From Ostrea edulis (Eukaryota), in contig NC_079168.1 in assembly GCF_947568905.1 (NCBI RefSeq), forward strand, positions 80,414,001-80,478,000: a stretch of 64,000 nucleotides of DNA. Reading direction: 5' to 3'. The notes below the pieces were generated by a model. The model was not told the DNA's origin. It was given only the letters and a program-made list of their open reading frames with translations, and did not search any database. Below are positions 37,601-51,000 of this stretch, piece after piece; the first letter of the stretch is position 1, and every line of letters starts with the position of its first letter. The position numbers were made by a program, and so were the translations under genes.

Positions 37601-40600
37601 ATTCACTAAAGGGTTTCCATTTCATAGGGTTTCCATTTGATGTAATGTTTTAAATTTGCTTTTCAGGGTGAAGGATTTGCTGGGCTATAATTGTTCTGAC
37701 CTGGTCAATAAATCTTTGTTCGACTACCATCATGCTCAGGACAGTGAGGTCATTGACCATGCCTACAAAAACTGTAAGTCCACAGGTCCTTAACTTAAGT
37801 ATATTAAAGTAATTGATTTTAAATCCACAAGTCCTTTATTTAAGTCTATAGAAGTAATTGATTGTAAATCTGTATGTCTATAACTTAAAGGGACGTGGAC
37901 ACGATTTGAGCTGAAAATTTTCAAATTTTATCTTTTGATTTTTTAATGTTTAGATTGCTTAACTAAGGTATTACTAATGATCAGCAAAAATTTGAATAAC
38001 AGTAGTCAAGGTACATGGAAGATATAGAAGTCACAAGTTCTTGTTATGTAAACTAGGCTCGTGCCATGTTTTTGTTTACATAGGTTAAATAACCTAGTAA
38101 AAGTTTCGTTTAAAGCAGATTTTTTCAATTTATAAGTGAATTCTTAACACAATTAAATATTTTCTAGTGTTTGGCACATCTCATTTTGTTTTAAACACGC
38201 TATTTTCTATTAAACAGTCTAATGTAAACAGAAACATGGCACAAGCCTTGTTTACATAACAAAGAATTCCAAGTGCTGTATCTCACAACTCAAAAACTGA
38301 TATCCAAATTTTGGTTGACCATTAGAAATACTTTAGTTAAGCATTGTAAACAATAAAAATGGAAAAATTAAATTTGAAAATTTTCAGCTCAAATCGTGTC
38401 CATGCCCCTTTAAGTCTACAGCAGTAATTGATTGTAAGTCCTCAAGTCATTGGCAGTAAGTTCAGAGGTCCTTAACTTAAGTCTATAGAAATAATTGATT
38501 TTAAGTAACTTAAAGGACACAATGCATGTTTCTAAACTTTTTCATTTTTCCAGAAAAATTAACTTTCTTTATGCCTTAAACTACTTTAAATGTGTTGTAA
38601 ATGAAATATTTTGCGTAGTTTTCGAGTTTGAAAGCGATGAAATTCAAATCTTGCGATATGCATATTATCATATGCGCCCTTGGGTTTGAAAACATCTATT
38701 AGCCATTTCATAAACAGATTAGATTTAATCGACAAAAAAACAAAACAATTATCACATTAACTGCTTGTAAATAATAATGCATTAAGATGTTTTATGCCAT
38801 GCTCGGGTGTACTAGTTGTCAGTAGAAAGGATTTAGATTGAGTATTTTTCAATTTTTCGAAGGAAGGTACGAGAAAAAAGACGTAGATAATTTTTTTGTT
38901 GGAGCAAGAACTTTACCTTAAAAAACACACCCAGTCACCTTTTCAAAAACCGCTTGGACAGAGACCCTGATAAACTGCGAGAAAATGGATATATCGAAGC
39001 TATAAGCACTGGTAGGCCTATAGCATACATTCTGTTTTGCTCTTCACATTTAATACACACTCGGATCAACTGACCTTCAGCTTGTAACAACATATATCGA
39101 CAATACAATGTAACTTCTACCAACTGGTAGATTTACAAAATAAAATTAAAGATACAAAATAATTAAACTTTTAATTATACAAATAATAAAATATTGTATT
39201 TCCTAACTTTGAATTATAAAATTATTTCCTTATTGAACTCGTAGCATCTTGAGTGCGTCAGTAGGCTATAACGCCGTGCTCCCACTTCGTACTTCCTAAA
39301 GACGTGCATATCACAATTCAAAAATAGTAATAAGATTGCTTTATCAAAATAAAATAATGTGATTAACACTTTAAATTTGAATATTTTTATTGATTTGTGT
39401 GTGTGTTGTCTTTTTCTTTCTTTCCGAAATGCACTCGTGACAATAGCTTGGCATAGGGCCTAGTTGTCAACAATTTAATGTATCATAATTTGTCTAATCC
39501 AAAAATAAATAATGATTGCACAGTTTATTTTAGAAACACAGCGCCAATTACAGATGTATATAGGAATAACATCACCAAACAGTTTGTAGACAGCGACCCA
39601 TATACACATTATTTGCTCACAATATTTCCGATTTCATACACGCTTTACTCGCTATATTTGGGTATTTACATTGTTATATGTGTGTACTGGTGGCGAACAT
39701 ATATAAAACTCAGGACAATTTGTCAACATCGATTTAAATGTTGCCCATGGTCAATAAATTAGGCCCCTAAAAGTTGAGTTTTTAATAATATCTCGCAGTA
39801 CTTTCATAATCCGAAGGGCGCATGTGACGTCACTGTACCACGTGACTACCTACCTAATTAACTAGACTTTTTGAAATCGAAGCTTAGATTTAAGTCTGTA
39901 TTGTGGTTAATTATCGCAAAATTTCGGCGAACGAACTATTAGAAATAATTACTATAAGCATAAAGAAGATGAAATGCATGTAATGTTGTATAATTTGAAA
40001 ACATTAAATGTGTCCTTTAAGTCACATTGACCATGCCAACAAAAACTGTAAGTCTACAAGTCATTGACAGTAAGTCCACAGGTCCATGACTTCAGTCTAT
40101 TGTAGTAATTGATTATGGTAAATTACTGAAATCAGAGTATTCAAAAAGTTAAGTAGTCGTAAACTAAAGATCCAGATTAACCACACACTGTTGTCAAGAC
40201 TACAAATAAATTGAAACGTTAAGGCCAAGGTAGATCTTGAAGATTCACCTTAAAAATTCAGGTAAAGCTCATGCGATGGGCCAGACTACTTGGTCAAGTT
40301 GTCTTAGGTAAAAAAAAAAAATGGAGTTAGGTGTATTCCCTAGGTTTATAAATTGTTTATAATGTGATTATACTCCGATATTTACATTTTCAATTGTTTT
40401 CTGTTGGACTGTTAATAACCTTTTGAAGTTCCAATGTGTTCATTTTCTCATACTCAAGAAACTAGAGTGATTCCTTAAATTGATATGCTTCAGATACTGC
40501 ATATGATTTTAAATTTTCTCCAAAGTGATTAGTGATATGCCCTTGAGATCAAATATTGAAGGCGAGTTTTTATTTTTCTGCCTGTCTGTCTTTAAAACTT

Positions 40601-40787
40601 TTGAACTATACAACATAAAGACTTCATACCTGATGAATTGAAAGGTGAAGGCCAATATTATATGAGAAGTTTAGGTCAAGTTTATTCCTCAAGGCCAAGG
40701 TCAAATTGGCTACAACTAAATACTTGGACTTCTCTATGGTTTGTTGCTTGTGACCTTTATTTCTGAATGATAAGATCTTTTATGTTT

Positions 40788-40820
<33 letters not shown>

Positions 40821-42008
40821 GGGGGGGGGGGTATTGTTAATTCACATTGATAAAATTTACACAGGTGGTGCATACAAGGTTCTCCTATTTTATTGATCAA
40901 ATTAATTTGTGCAATTTTCAGACATTGGTTACCACATCATGATGTGATATCTTAAAACATGTCTAGAAAAACCATAAATAGTATGAAGGGAATCATATGT
41001 ATGTGTTCACATTGGAGAAAACTGTACTCATGAATATATTAAAGAGAAAATAGTCAAGTGTGTTTATTGAAAAAAAATTGTATATTTTTTGGAAAATGGT
41101 AAAAAGTACTTAATGAAGTGTTTTAAGACCAAATCTTAGCGATCTACATAGTAGATGTGTGAATCTGAAAATAAAAGGAACCCTAGTGGTGAACAAAATT
41201 TTAACCCTTACAGATAATGATAGTTTGTTTTGATTGAGTAATTCACTTACATGATATTCAGATTATTTGTTAATTATGCAATCATACATAGGAATTTTAC
41301 GAAGTCACACTTTCTGACTCGGGGGAAATTTCTTGAGATCTTATCCGCTGATAATGAAACATGTAATATGGTTGTAAAGATTTGCTGCACTTATGCAAAG
41401 TAGTTTGATATTTTAAAGATTTGCTTCACTTATACAAAGTAGTTTAATATGCACATAGTATGTTGTGGTTATAAGTAGTTTGCACTCAGGAGACTATATA
41501 TTTCAGAGGAATAAAAAAACACAAGAATAAGTCAATCAGTACAGGGTACAATTTGTACGCCTACTAGCAATGTACAAATAATTTAAGAATAAGTCAATCA
41601 GTACAGGGTACAATTTGTACACCGACTAGCAATGTACAAATAAGTCAAGAATAAGTCAATCAGTACAGGGTACAATTTGTACGCCGACTAGCAATGTACA
41701 AATAATTCAAGTAAAGGGAGTCCAGTAATACCACTTTTTTTGGTTTCTTTTTCTCATTTCCTTTTTTTTCCCTTGAATTTATTCTAAATTTTCAAGATAA
41801 TTTGAACTGTGTACTTCTCTGGCTTATCAGTGATGTGAGGAATTTGGAAGTTTTTGAAGAGATGAGATTTTTTTTAAAATGTACTTTCGACATGAAGGCT
41901 AAGAGATAGCACGCACAGGATGTGAACAAGTGCAGGATGGAAACTCCTGTCTCAAAACGAAGCATGCTGTCACTTCATGATGCAACAAAGGAAATCTCAG
42001 ATTTCCCT

Positions 42009-42050
<42 letters not shown>

Positions 42051-45000
42051 GAGAGATTTTTTCCTGAATACATGTTTTCCAACTATGTAAATTTAATCTC
42101 CACTTCTCCTGAAGTGTAAAAGATTGTTACATGATTCATGAAGTCCAGACTCTTCCCAGATAAAACAGGCATGATTACTCCCAAATCTGTCTGCTCCAGA
42201 GCCTGATTAGAATAATACAAGCAGAATGTTTTTCATATCTTTAATACTGATAAAAAAGGAAATAAATAAAAAGTGGGGGGAATAGTGATAGAAACTTCTG
42301 GAGTTTCCATTGATGTGTTATGGGTTTTTGATGTATTTATAAATGGTTTCACTGATGAAGAAAAAATAAAATTTCATGTTTCACTGATGAAGAAAAAATT
42401 GAATTTCATTGTTTGAAATTCTGTGTACTTTAGAAGTGATAACTTTTTAAATTACCAAATCTGTAGACAAACATGAGTTCTTTAATCACACTTTGTTAAT
42501 TTTATGTCTGTTCATTTGTTTGCTTCTTTAGAAATTTGAAACAGATTTCAACTAAAGCTGTTATGAAGCATTCTCAAGAGAAGGGGAATCATAATATAGA
42601 TGAAGGGCCAAGTGCCTTTTCAAAGTGGAGATGATTAAGAAATTTTTTGGCGACAGGAGAACATAAAGGAAATTATTAAACAGGATCATAATTAATTTTA
42701 CAAGGAAAGATCCTTGTAAATGTTTCTCTGAAGGAAAACTAGCTTCTATATGTAAAACAGAAACACGTCTTGTGGTCTGGATTCAATTCTGTCCAGTAAT
42801 GGCCTTTTTTTATCCCCTTGCAATTGTTGTGAGAGGGGATGTAGTAACGGAACCATTCGAGTGTGAGTATGTGTGTGTAACACTGAGCCGGTAGACACTC
42901 TACAGGCCACATTCTTTTTGTTTGATTGATTTGATACTTCACATTTAGCTTGGTTATCAAGGGAGAAAGAATCATATTGATTTTGGGGTCAAAGATCGAG
43001 GTCACTACAGGACTTTGTAGAAAAAACTTGTAGTCACTCATTGCAAGGGAATATGCCCCGCCTTACTGAGTTTTTGATTTTCATTTTTTAGATCCAGATT
43101 ACTCAGATGATACTCAGAGTATTGTGGTGTGTGGACATTTTGTCAGATTATACTCAAACTGTTGTGGTTTGTGGATATTTTGTCAGATTATACTCAAACT
43201 GTTGTGGTTTGTGGATATTTTGTCAGATGATACTCAAGAGTGTTGTGACCTGTGGACACTTTGTCAGACTCCTAATATTATTTGTTTCCAATTTTACAGT
43301 AATTGCCAAGGGTCAAGTGATGACCAGTCAGTATCGATTCCTGGCCAAAACTGGTGGCCATGTATGGGTCATCACTCAAGGAACAGTCATCTACAACAGC
43401 CGCACCCAGAAGCCCCAGTGCATTGTGTGTGTCCATTACGTGCTTAGGTAAACAGTTGTTGTTAAAACTGTCAAATTTGGCATGTATACTGGTAGTGGTA
43501 ATATTTGTGGAAATATAACTTAGTTGTGCATTTAGGGGGAAAATACTCTTATTTTGTTTTATATGAAAGTATTTTGATGTTGATATATTTATTTTTTTTT
43601 AGTGGAATTGAAAACCCGAGCACGATCCTGTCTTTGGCCCAGCAGACGTACCAGCAACAGATTGCCATGATTCCCTTGGAGGTGAAACTCAGCACTGAGG
43701 ACGTCTTCAGACCACGACCAGAGAATGTCAAAGTGGACGAGTTTTACTTCCCGCCTGGCAGTAAGATGTGTAAGTCACATGATGTGCAAGTCACATGATG
43801 TGTATACATCACATGATGTGCAAGTCGCATGATATATATGTCAAATGATGTATATATCACTTGATGTGTATGTCACATGATTTATCAAGCCTCAGACAAA
43901 ATTGTTGAAATCTGATTGGTCAGATCTTGGTCACATGACTCCGTGAAAAAACAACGTATCATGCGAGAAAAATCCTTATTGAGCGAGTAATTTATTGTCA
44001 GGTTCGACTTGCAGCCGTGACAAAATTGGTGAAGCGATAAGTTGTATGATATAGACCCCCACATATACAGTTAGAGATCTTCGACGTGATAAATTTGTTA
44101 CACAGTTAGTTAGTGACCTGATACGGAAAAATACATGTGAAAAGAAAACTCATATTGGACTCCGCGAAAGGGTTTTCTTTTCACACCATGTATTTTTCCG
44201 TATCAGGTCACTAACTAACTAACTGTGTAACTAATAGTGCAAGTCACACAACCTTGGCATGTTGTATATATACCAATCAATACAGCTTTCATGTGATGGG
44301 ATGTTAAAACTCACTGTGAAAAATATATGAAGGCTTTGAAATATTTTTCAAAATTTTGGACCAAATCATACACAGTTTGAAAATAAGATTTTTTGATTTC
44401 GAAAATGTGTTAAAAAGAATGATATATACACATTCTAGATTATATGTAATGTTGAAGAGTAGTCTAGGATATGTTTTTCAAAGAATTTTTAACTTTTAAA
44501 CTGTAGTTCCTTTGAAGCAATTATCTGAGGTCTCCCTCCCAATGAAGAGGTTTATCAGAATTAAGAAACCCTGACAGAACCTAAAGCCCATATTACCAAC
44601 TAGATCGTGATAAATATCTAATTTTGTTTCTCTCCTAATACGTCACGGTTATTGTAAAATGTGACTACGCTGACTGGAATTTTACTACTGAGATAAAGAA
44701 GATGTTAAGTTATTCTGAATCTTATGGTAATTGTGACATTCCATTGGAGAAAGGTTTGCAGAAGAAATGAAGACTTCAGTTGTAAACTGTTAAATGACTG
44801 TTAGGCAGGACATTAACTCACATAATTATAAAGGTGAATTCTTGTGCATCTTTACATTGTTTCTATGTTTTTGCCATTGCCCACTGTTAAAATGAGGACT
44901 TAAATTTCAAAATGCAATTTGAAATAATTGTTGAATTTATCATATTATGACAATTTTTAATAGTTCGTTACGCTGTTCTAAATTTTTTCAAAGTATGTGT

Positions 45001-48000
45001 ATATTATATTTTCGCAGTGGGTTGTTACATGGAGTTAAAGATATTCATATATGACAGTTCTGTACAGTAATATTTAAGAAATAAATTTCATTTCCGAAAT
45101 TACACGATGGGTATGAACTGCAACACTTTACATCACCATACTTCATAAAGGGCGTTAAATGTTTATTTTTTATACATTTCAACTTCGTTATCTTGAAGAT
45201 CGACATCTCAAATTCCAGGAATATGTTGAAGTTGTAAGTTTAAAAACTACATTTTCTTCATGTATTCTAACCTCAATGTCTCAAAGCCTTGGATATATCT
45301 TGAAGTTTTGTCTTGGTCCCATCAAGTTTGAGATAACAACATTTGACTGTATTTACATTCTACCTTCATTTGTGTCAGAATTCCCAGCCATTAAGATAGA
45401 CGGACTATATTTAGCAAGATTCATACACACACTGTTCACAACTACATCACATTCATGAGGAAATGGCTATCATTGCAAATGGTAAAGATATCAAAGGATA
45501 AAACAAATGTAAATATACAATATTATAGATACCAATGTTATCTTTATATGGTTATGAAAACTCTTTATGTCGGTGATGTTAGCACTTGTGGATATCGCAT
45601 TCTGTTGACATGGTAACGCATCAATATTGCGTCAGTCACACAAATTTATTTAAATCTTATACTTGTTTTACAGCATCCATGAAAATTGATGAAACGGTAG
45701 ACCTGACCCACCTAGCGCCAACATCAGGCGATACCTGCGTGCCGTTAATGGAAGGTAAATATGAAATAGTTAACTAATTAGAACATCAGACGATACCTAT
45801 GTGCTGCTGATGGAAATTAAATGTCAACAGACAAATATTGAGTAATTAGGTCACTAACTAATTCCTATGCAGTACTTGTGGAAGGTAATTGTCATTTATT
45901 GGTCGGACGATGAGTAACTGCGAATTAAATTAGCAACTAATGTGAAAGGTGTTTTGAATATAAAATTTGTATAAATTGGGTCATTTGGCTATGCTTGTAT
46001 AATGTTGGAAAACAATTTTTATGCAGTGATTTTTTTTGTTTTTCAAACTACCACTCCTCCTTTTGAATTGGGAAAAATTAGCGACATTTTCCTCAAATTG
46101 GGAAAAATCATTCATAGTAAATTAAAATGGTAAAGATGCATAAAATAATCAAATAACAATTTTTTTGTTTGAGGTTTATTTCAGATCTGATTTAAAATCA
46201 TAGAATAAATCATTATTTAACATTAAATATGTATTGAAAGTCACACCTTGTATAGATATTATTTACTTTTTCTAAGAAATACTTATTGTCTAATTTCATA
46301 AAGAAAATAATAAAGTATCAATTCACCAGCATTTGTACCCATAATCTTGTAAATATTATATTAATAATCAATTAAGTTTCCAGAATGTCTCTCCTGTTTG
46401 TATTTTTTGGATTTTAGTAAAACCCTATACTGTTGGCCACTTCCTGTTATTAGCCTGACCCTACATATAATGGCGGTCAAACTAAATTGTCAACAATATC
46501 ATGGCTTAATGTGTATCTGGAAACTATATACTTTGCTGCATATCTGCTTATATGGATGCCTCTATTATTTTACATATTCTTTACAAAACCTTTTGCGTGT
46601 GCAGTGGTTTGGAGAATAAAACTGAAGAAAAAACCGTATTTACTCTTTTAAAATCAGCAATATATGGTAACCTTTTTTTAAATGGCCAAATTTCCCTAGA
46701 TTTGAAATTGGGAAAAACATCTATATATAATTGGGGAAAAAATAGCTAATTTTAGTGAGGGGAAACAGTCAAATATCGGTGGCATTTTGGCCCCCCCAAA
46801 AAAATCACTGTTATGTAATCTGTATCGATTAAGACAACAATCATATCTTCAGTATGGCAACCATTAAAACAACATGGACATATTCTATTTCACAAAGACA
46901 GTAACTGTTGTATTTCAAATAGGAAGTAGATTTTTTGAAATTCTGTGAACATTATAAGAAATTTACAGCTGGAATCTTGACAGAGTACCAAATGACAGTT
47001 TCAGTCAGTCACATCTATTATAATCAGGGCCATGCATTGAAAATGTGGAATCCCTACAGGAATCGTATTGTCTGTCCGTCCGTCTGTCTCTAATTTTTAG
47101 GTCACCTGAGTCAACTCAGGTGACTTATTGCAAGTGGTCACTGTCCAGCTTCATCTGTCATGTATAGAAATTTAATATTTTATTTTCTTCTAGATAACTA
47201 CCATTCCAATTCTTTTTAGATATGGTATAAAGCATCTTTGGGACAAGGGGGACATAAATTGTAAATTTCAGGACTTCTGCACCCCTGAAGCCTTAGGCGC
47301 CGGGCAAAAATTGACCTAAATCAAAAATCTAAATGTCAATGACACAAGTACAATGACCTTTTCTTATGGATGACTTCTCTCCCCCCCCCCCCCCCCCCCC
47401 CAATCACTCAGAGACACTCACAATATATACCATTTTGTGGGATTAACCCCACAACGACAGAACAACCCCATAAATGGTACATGTACTCAACAGTAACCTC
47501 AAAAGGTTTGCTGCCTGAAAACCGTTGCTATTCTTTTGAAGGGAATATAGGAGGTTATTTAAATAGGTTGACAGAAGGTGATACATATATTCCATCATGT
47601 CAGTGTTACCAAATTAGCTGCCACCTCCATATGTCTGACACAAATTATCTAAAAAAAAAAAATCTTTCTTACAAGGTCAATTAGGTATTCATTAGAAAAG
47701 TGGGCCTCTTGAAAAGGGACATAACTCATTTGGAGTTGTTAATTTTCAGTAAACAGGCTATTTTCTGCACAGGAGTTTCACTGTAGTGAGATCTTGAAAA
47801 ATATTAGGTGAAACATAAATCACATGTGACTGGTGGGCAATTATAACAGATGAAAACTTAATCCGAGATTCCTCTGACTCTTACCCCCGCTTTTATATTG
47901 TGACATGTGCGGGGGAGAGTCAGAGCGGACTCCATATTGCGTCTTGGAAGATAGATCCGCGAAATAAAGTTGTAAGAGGTAGGTAAAGCAGCGACACCAG

Positions 48001-51000
48001 CTGGTGTCACAGAATTTCCACTTTTCAATATGGAGTCAGAGGAATCTCGGATTAATGAAAACTAAGATTATACATCTAGTAAAAACATTTTGACCTTGCA
48101 TTTTCCATTTCCCTTTTCAGAAGATTGTGTGCGTTACTCAGGCAACATACCAATGCCTGTCCTGAAAGAAGAGCCGGATATTTTCAGCAAGAGAGTATGC
48201 TCTCAGCCGACTTATTCACCGTTGTCCAGTCCTCACGTAAGTGACATTGCCATCCCTCACTGTACATGGTGTGTGTCTTGAAACAATTAAGTGTTTTTGT
48301 TCTTGACAAGAGTGTCAAGCCCACCCCACTCCCAAATCAATGGAGTTTCTCTTTAGAATGATGAGTAATTAGTTATTACCTATTGTTAGGGACCTGTGTT
48401 GAAAATAAGGGAGCTGTATAGCAAGCACATTATCCATCCGTCCTTATGTCGGTCTGTTCATCAGTACATTTGTTGTGATGCAATAATTCAAACCATTTCC
48501 ACTGTAACGTTTTCAAATTTTGTACAGAAACACTGAAAGACTCAAATTGTCCATCAGTCAATTTTGCCTTGTGACACATTATCTTGAGCATTTTTCAACC
48601 AAAAGTTTTCACACATAAGTACCGTATAGCGTGTTTTTTCTGTGGGGGTATGATTCTAGCTTCTTTTTTTTTTAGCGGTTTGGTATCATACTGCCAAATT
48701 TTTTTAACTGCTAAATTTGCACCCAAAGATGCATGCAATCATAATATGTATCTTACATGAAAGATAACTCTGTATAGCAGTTGTTTTTATGTCATAGGTA
48801 CATGTAACACTCTTCAGCTTGGAAGGTAAATAAACTACTAGGTTTATTTTATGTTATTTGTTTCCTACGACAGTAAAACATTTTTACAGATAAGTAATTA
48901 CCCCTACATTGCCTATCTATTCTTATGGTTTGGAACTCCATGTTTGCCAACAAAATATTTTCTACTAAAATTATTTCTATACTTATTAGCTAGAAAATTG
49001 TCTTTTACACCCACAGGAAAACCCGTTATACGGTAGGTCATTAAAGAAGAAAAAACGTCCTATAGATTTTTTGGTTATGAGGTCATAAGACAGGGTTACA
49101 ACAGACCTTTTTACTTAGTTATCTTCTCTTGGATGTTTTATATTTCATATAAATGTGGTTGCCTGCAGTTGAACATGGAAATGTAGATCTGGGAAAAGAA
49201 CATATTGACTCCTTTATGTCATTCCAATCATTAATATTTACATTTCCAATGTTTTTGTTTTTGATATTATTCCCTAGAATTATAGTATGTAAACACCCCA
49301 TGATGTAGATCGTTTTCTCCAGATTTACATTGTGCTATGATATAGATTGTTTTCCCCAGGTTATTGGCAATGCCACTGACCTCAATTCAAACACAGAATC
49401 GAGTCCCTACATACATCCCATGAAAACTTGTCCCTACAAAAATGTCCAACTTGACGAGAAAAGAAGGAAAATATTAGTTTAGCAGTATACTAAAGGAGTT
49501 ATTGAACTTTTAAATGAATTTTGGCCCCCGGCCTATATCATTAGTCTGTCCAACAGATTTTAGAAAAATGTACTGAAAGAAATATTGTTACAAAAACACA
49601 AGTCCACTTTCAAAGCTTGTTCAGTTGTCTGAAAATGTCACTGTCTCATGTAATACATGTATATGATAAATATCGATTTACGTATATTATTTGTTCCACA
49701 TCTTGAAGTGCGTCATATATTTATGTAAGTCAGTCACTGTACGAGATATATGGTTCTCGGTGATAAACAGTGCAATTAATTGATTAATAGAAGATGAACA
49801 ACAGCATCCCTAGAACAATACTTTCTGATGAACCGTAGTATTTTTTTGTAATACCTTTTGTGTAATTCTCAGCTGGTATCTTTGTGTACTTATAATTAGT
49901 ATAATGGCTAAAAAATGTTGCACCGATGTACTATAAAAATCACCAAAAACTCTGTTACTAGTGAATTAGCATTTTATTTGGGTGCGGACTACAAGCACAT
50001 CTTTTATCAGTTTCAATAAAAGTTAATTTTTAACCTGATTTTTAATTAGAAATAGACTTGTGCTATTAACTAATTTCTTTACCACAAAGAAATTATGATC
50101 CCACCTTTTTTCAAAATTCTGATTAATTAAAAGTAATAAACACAAATCTTTGACTTTAGTTCATATTGTAATATTGATATGTAAAATTTCTGTTATCCAA
50201 GCTAATTAGAGAGTAACCATTGCATGAAGGCAGTCAAGATAGATAGCCCTAAATTTCTTAAAAGGGTTTGATTTGTTTAGCTATTTCCCAAAAATTGCTA
50301 ATATAGCCAAAAATTGGATCCTCTCTAAACTTCCTGTGGTATTTTGCAGTCGGTGAGCCCGGCCCCCATCAGCCCCATGGATTACACTACACCTCTAACG
50401 CCTAGTGTAGTGGATGCCATGGACAAATTTTTCTCAGCTGTGGAGACCTACCCCAGGAATGATCAGGCTGCTGCGGTATGTATTACCATGGCAACTGACA
50501 AGTGTTAATTGGTGTTTTTAATTTAGTTGATAGATAGGATTGGTGAACGGGAAATTCCAATAATTTTCCTGCCAATTGGTCTTCTAAATGTCAACTGATG
50601 AAAACACTTAATAATTAGTTGAGGTCATGTTTTGTAAGTCTGGAGTCCTTTTGGATTTTAAAGTTTGAAATGAGAAAATTTTGGCCCACAATTAATTTTA
50701 GTTCTTGAAATTTGGTTTGTTAATTGTAAAAAATGTCATTATATTGCAATATGTATGGCTTGTAAGGCCAGGGTACGTGTATATATTTTTAGACTGCAAT
50801 GTTTCTCATTCTTTCAGAAATGACAGTAAATCAGATTTTCTAGTTTTCTTGTTTTAACTTGAATACTTTTTCTAAACATGGCAGCTGTTTCACTAACCAT
50901 TGTAGATTGTAAACACATAATTAGGTGTACAAGCACTTTGACGTGCATGTATCCAAGTGTTTCATGAAACTTGTCGTAGTTGTAGCACATTTTACATTTT

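Noticed and set aside
38935-39123. Minus-strand ORF inside the 1.5-kb TTAA element as a possible transposase or KolX remnant
   Set aside because: No DDE, THAP or other motif is recognisable in any frame I read.
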